From NCBI RefSeq assembly GCF_001194135.2, contig NC_068981.1:23135116-23187084 (forward strand): a stretch of 51,969 bases of DNA. The letters run 5' to 3'. This document shows, piece after piece, positions 49,751 through 51,969 of this stretch (position 1 is the first letter of the stretch; each line of letters starts with the position of its first letter). Below the pieces are notes generated by a model. The model did not search any database. It worked only from the letters and a program-made list of their open reading frames with translations, and had not been told where the DNA came from. This DNA is from Octopus bimaculoides. Taxonomy: Eukaryota. The position numbers were made by a program, and so were the translations under genes.

Positions 49751-51768
49751 GTGTTTGTGTAATACCACAGCACTCTTAGATATGTATGTATGTATATATA
49801 TGTGTGTGTGTATGTGTGTGTGTGTTTGTGTGTTTGTGTGTGTGTGTGTGTGTGCGCGTGTGTGTGTAATACCACAGCGCTGTTGGCTAGATTCGGATGT
49901 GAGTTAACGACAAAGTAAGCCACATAAATATTTTTTTTATTAGTTTCAAATAACAAGGACCGAACCAGTTTATTATCTCACGTCGTACCAGCGATAGGAT
50001 ATCTAAATCAATACTGTAATTGGAAGCAACTCAATTGGAAAACACTGCCAAGTACATTTTCAAATGCTGAAAAGAGCAGAAACCAGAATCGATGGTGGAA
50101 TATGCTTTTCGTTGTTTTAATATTTTTGGATCAACATCAAAAGAAGTTCCCAGATTTACAAAATAACGAGTTCGAACTACAAATATGCGAAACCACATTT
50201 AATGGGATACCAGTTGACGCTTCTGATTCTATGTCACATAATTCAGTTACAATCGGAAAATACTTTGATATTCAAATTTCATAGTTTGTCTATTTTTGAA
50301 TTTTGTTAAGACGTATCATGATATTTAAAACATTATACCGCATGGGGTCTTTGATGTTCCAGCATTAAAAGCATTATAACTTTCTAGTAAATGAATACAT
50401 TAAATATTCTAATTAATGTTGCTTAATATGATCGCATGCATACTTATGAATTTATAACATAAAAGAATAATAATTTTTTTCTCAGCACCGATGCACTCTC
50501 ATAGTTTCTTATGCGTTAACAATTCTCACATGGTAATGAAAAAGGTTCTCCACCATTACTCTACGCGGTTGCTAGAGCTACAAGAAAAAAGCAGCCAAAT
50601 CGCCCTCAAATCATACTCTTTCGCCTGAAGAAACAGGACGCTTTAGGTATTGAAATAGTAGAAACAACAGTATGTCTGAATAACATATAGTGACCACTTT
50701 GTTGCGATCTATTGAGTGGTTTGTACTTGTAGTTCACAAGATATAGCTTTATCACATGCTATGTCACGCTGATGCTGCTTGAGAATTAGGTTAAGGGTAT
50801 ACATGTCCGTGAAATACTAAGCCACTTCACGTTAACTCAAGTGCAGGTAATTCATTTGATCAAACAACTAAAATGCCATCATTGAACGACGCTAGTTCAT
50901 CACCAGTCATAACATAAGCACAGTTTGTGTAACTCTGGCCCGTGTGGGTTTTGACCTGGTTTCAATTTGACCGCTAACCCATATTTGGTATCAAGAGTTA
51001 CAACACACGTTACAATTCGTCCACGTCGTTGTAATGCATCTATTTGCGCATGGTCACAACTAGAACACCTTTGATCACGGATTTATTCGATCAGAGAAGA
51101 CTAAAGACTGAATAAAACTACAACTATAACTACATAATGATGTGCATAATATTTTGTCTCACACAGAACTTTAGAGAATGACGTAGTGGATCGTCAAACA
51201 TCGGTGTTTCGGATTGATTTAAACCCCTCAGTGATAAACATAACAGTTGTACTTTTGTATATACATTATAAATGTAACACATGTCGTTATTTTCACGTAA
51301 TACTGTTTCGGCAACAACAATAATAATTGCAAATTCACTGTTTAACAAAAGTTGTATTCAGAGGAAATACAATTTAATATACATATATATAAAAGACTTT
51401 ACGTGAAGCAATTAATGTTGAAGCTAAATCAGTATGTGATAGGAATATAACTGATGACGAATGCAAATATGTAAAAGTAAAATAGAAATATTAATTATTA
51501 ATTTGACAATTTCTATAAATCACCATTGCTTCCTGAAACAAACTTGTGTCTCAGCTACGGAATTATATCTATGAAGCTGTTCTAAGAAATACTGGAAAAG
51601 TCAGTTTGTGAAATATGAAAGTGCATCGTCATCAGCATAACTATTTATATATGGCTTTTGTTAATAGATAATCGCGTGGTTTCGTATAAATAACTAGTTT
51701 ATAAGTGAGTGCTTATTTTTGTTTTACTTTACAAATTAATTATTCATATATAATATACATGTGAAAAG

Positions 51769-51800
<32 letters not shown>

Positions 51801-51917
51801 GAGAGTATTGTAGTTCGCTTGAAGCATTGTGTATTGTTTGTAAAGAATAAAAAGTTTAGAATGGTACAACAATGCACTATAATACAAAAAACGGACTATA
51901 TACCTGTTGTAATTTGG

Positions 51918-51969
<52 letters not shown>

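Noticed and set aside
50102-50284. 60-aa ORF in non-repetitive sequence
   Set aside because: No recognisable domain and no convincing splice sites linking it to other exons.

Overview
AT-rich, intron-rich animal genomic DNA full of microsatellites, SINEs and scaffold gaps. The repeat style points to an octopus (coleoid cephalopod) draft assembly; this is inference. There are no prokaryotic features, CRISPR arrays or rRNA. The only host gene I can support is the 5' part of a SPAG16/PF20 orthologue (axonemal central-pair protein) on the minus strand. I assembled nine exons by hand into one continuous frame: 29954-29912, 22939-22862, 21493-21420, 20642-20503, 17587-17450, 14892-14785, 11316-11132, 2946-2813 and 1117-981. 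The WD40 exons should lie beyond the left edge. Intron 1 (about 7 kb) has both U12 minor-spliceosome signals: donor GTATCCTTT and branch site TTCTTTGAC. A perfect palindromic RFX X-box lies just upstream of the start codon. Upstream of the gene (30-52 kb) are a full-length but decayed hAT transposon with TIRs and an 8-bp TSD, Tc1/mariner remnants and MITEs, and many SINEs. Almost all ORFs in the supplied track are microsatellite or SINE artefacts. I found no convincing wholly new biological system. The best leads are the minor intron, the X-box, two perfect inverted structures, a duplication flanking exon 7, and modular or tandem SINE architecture.
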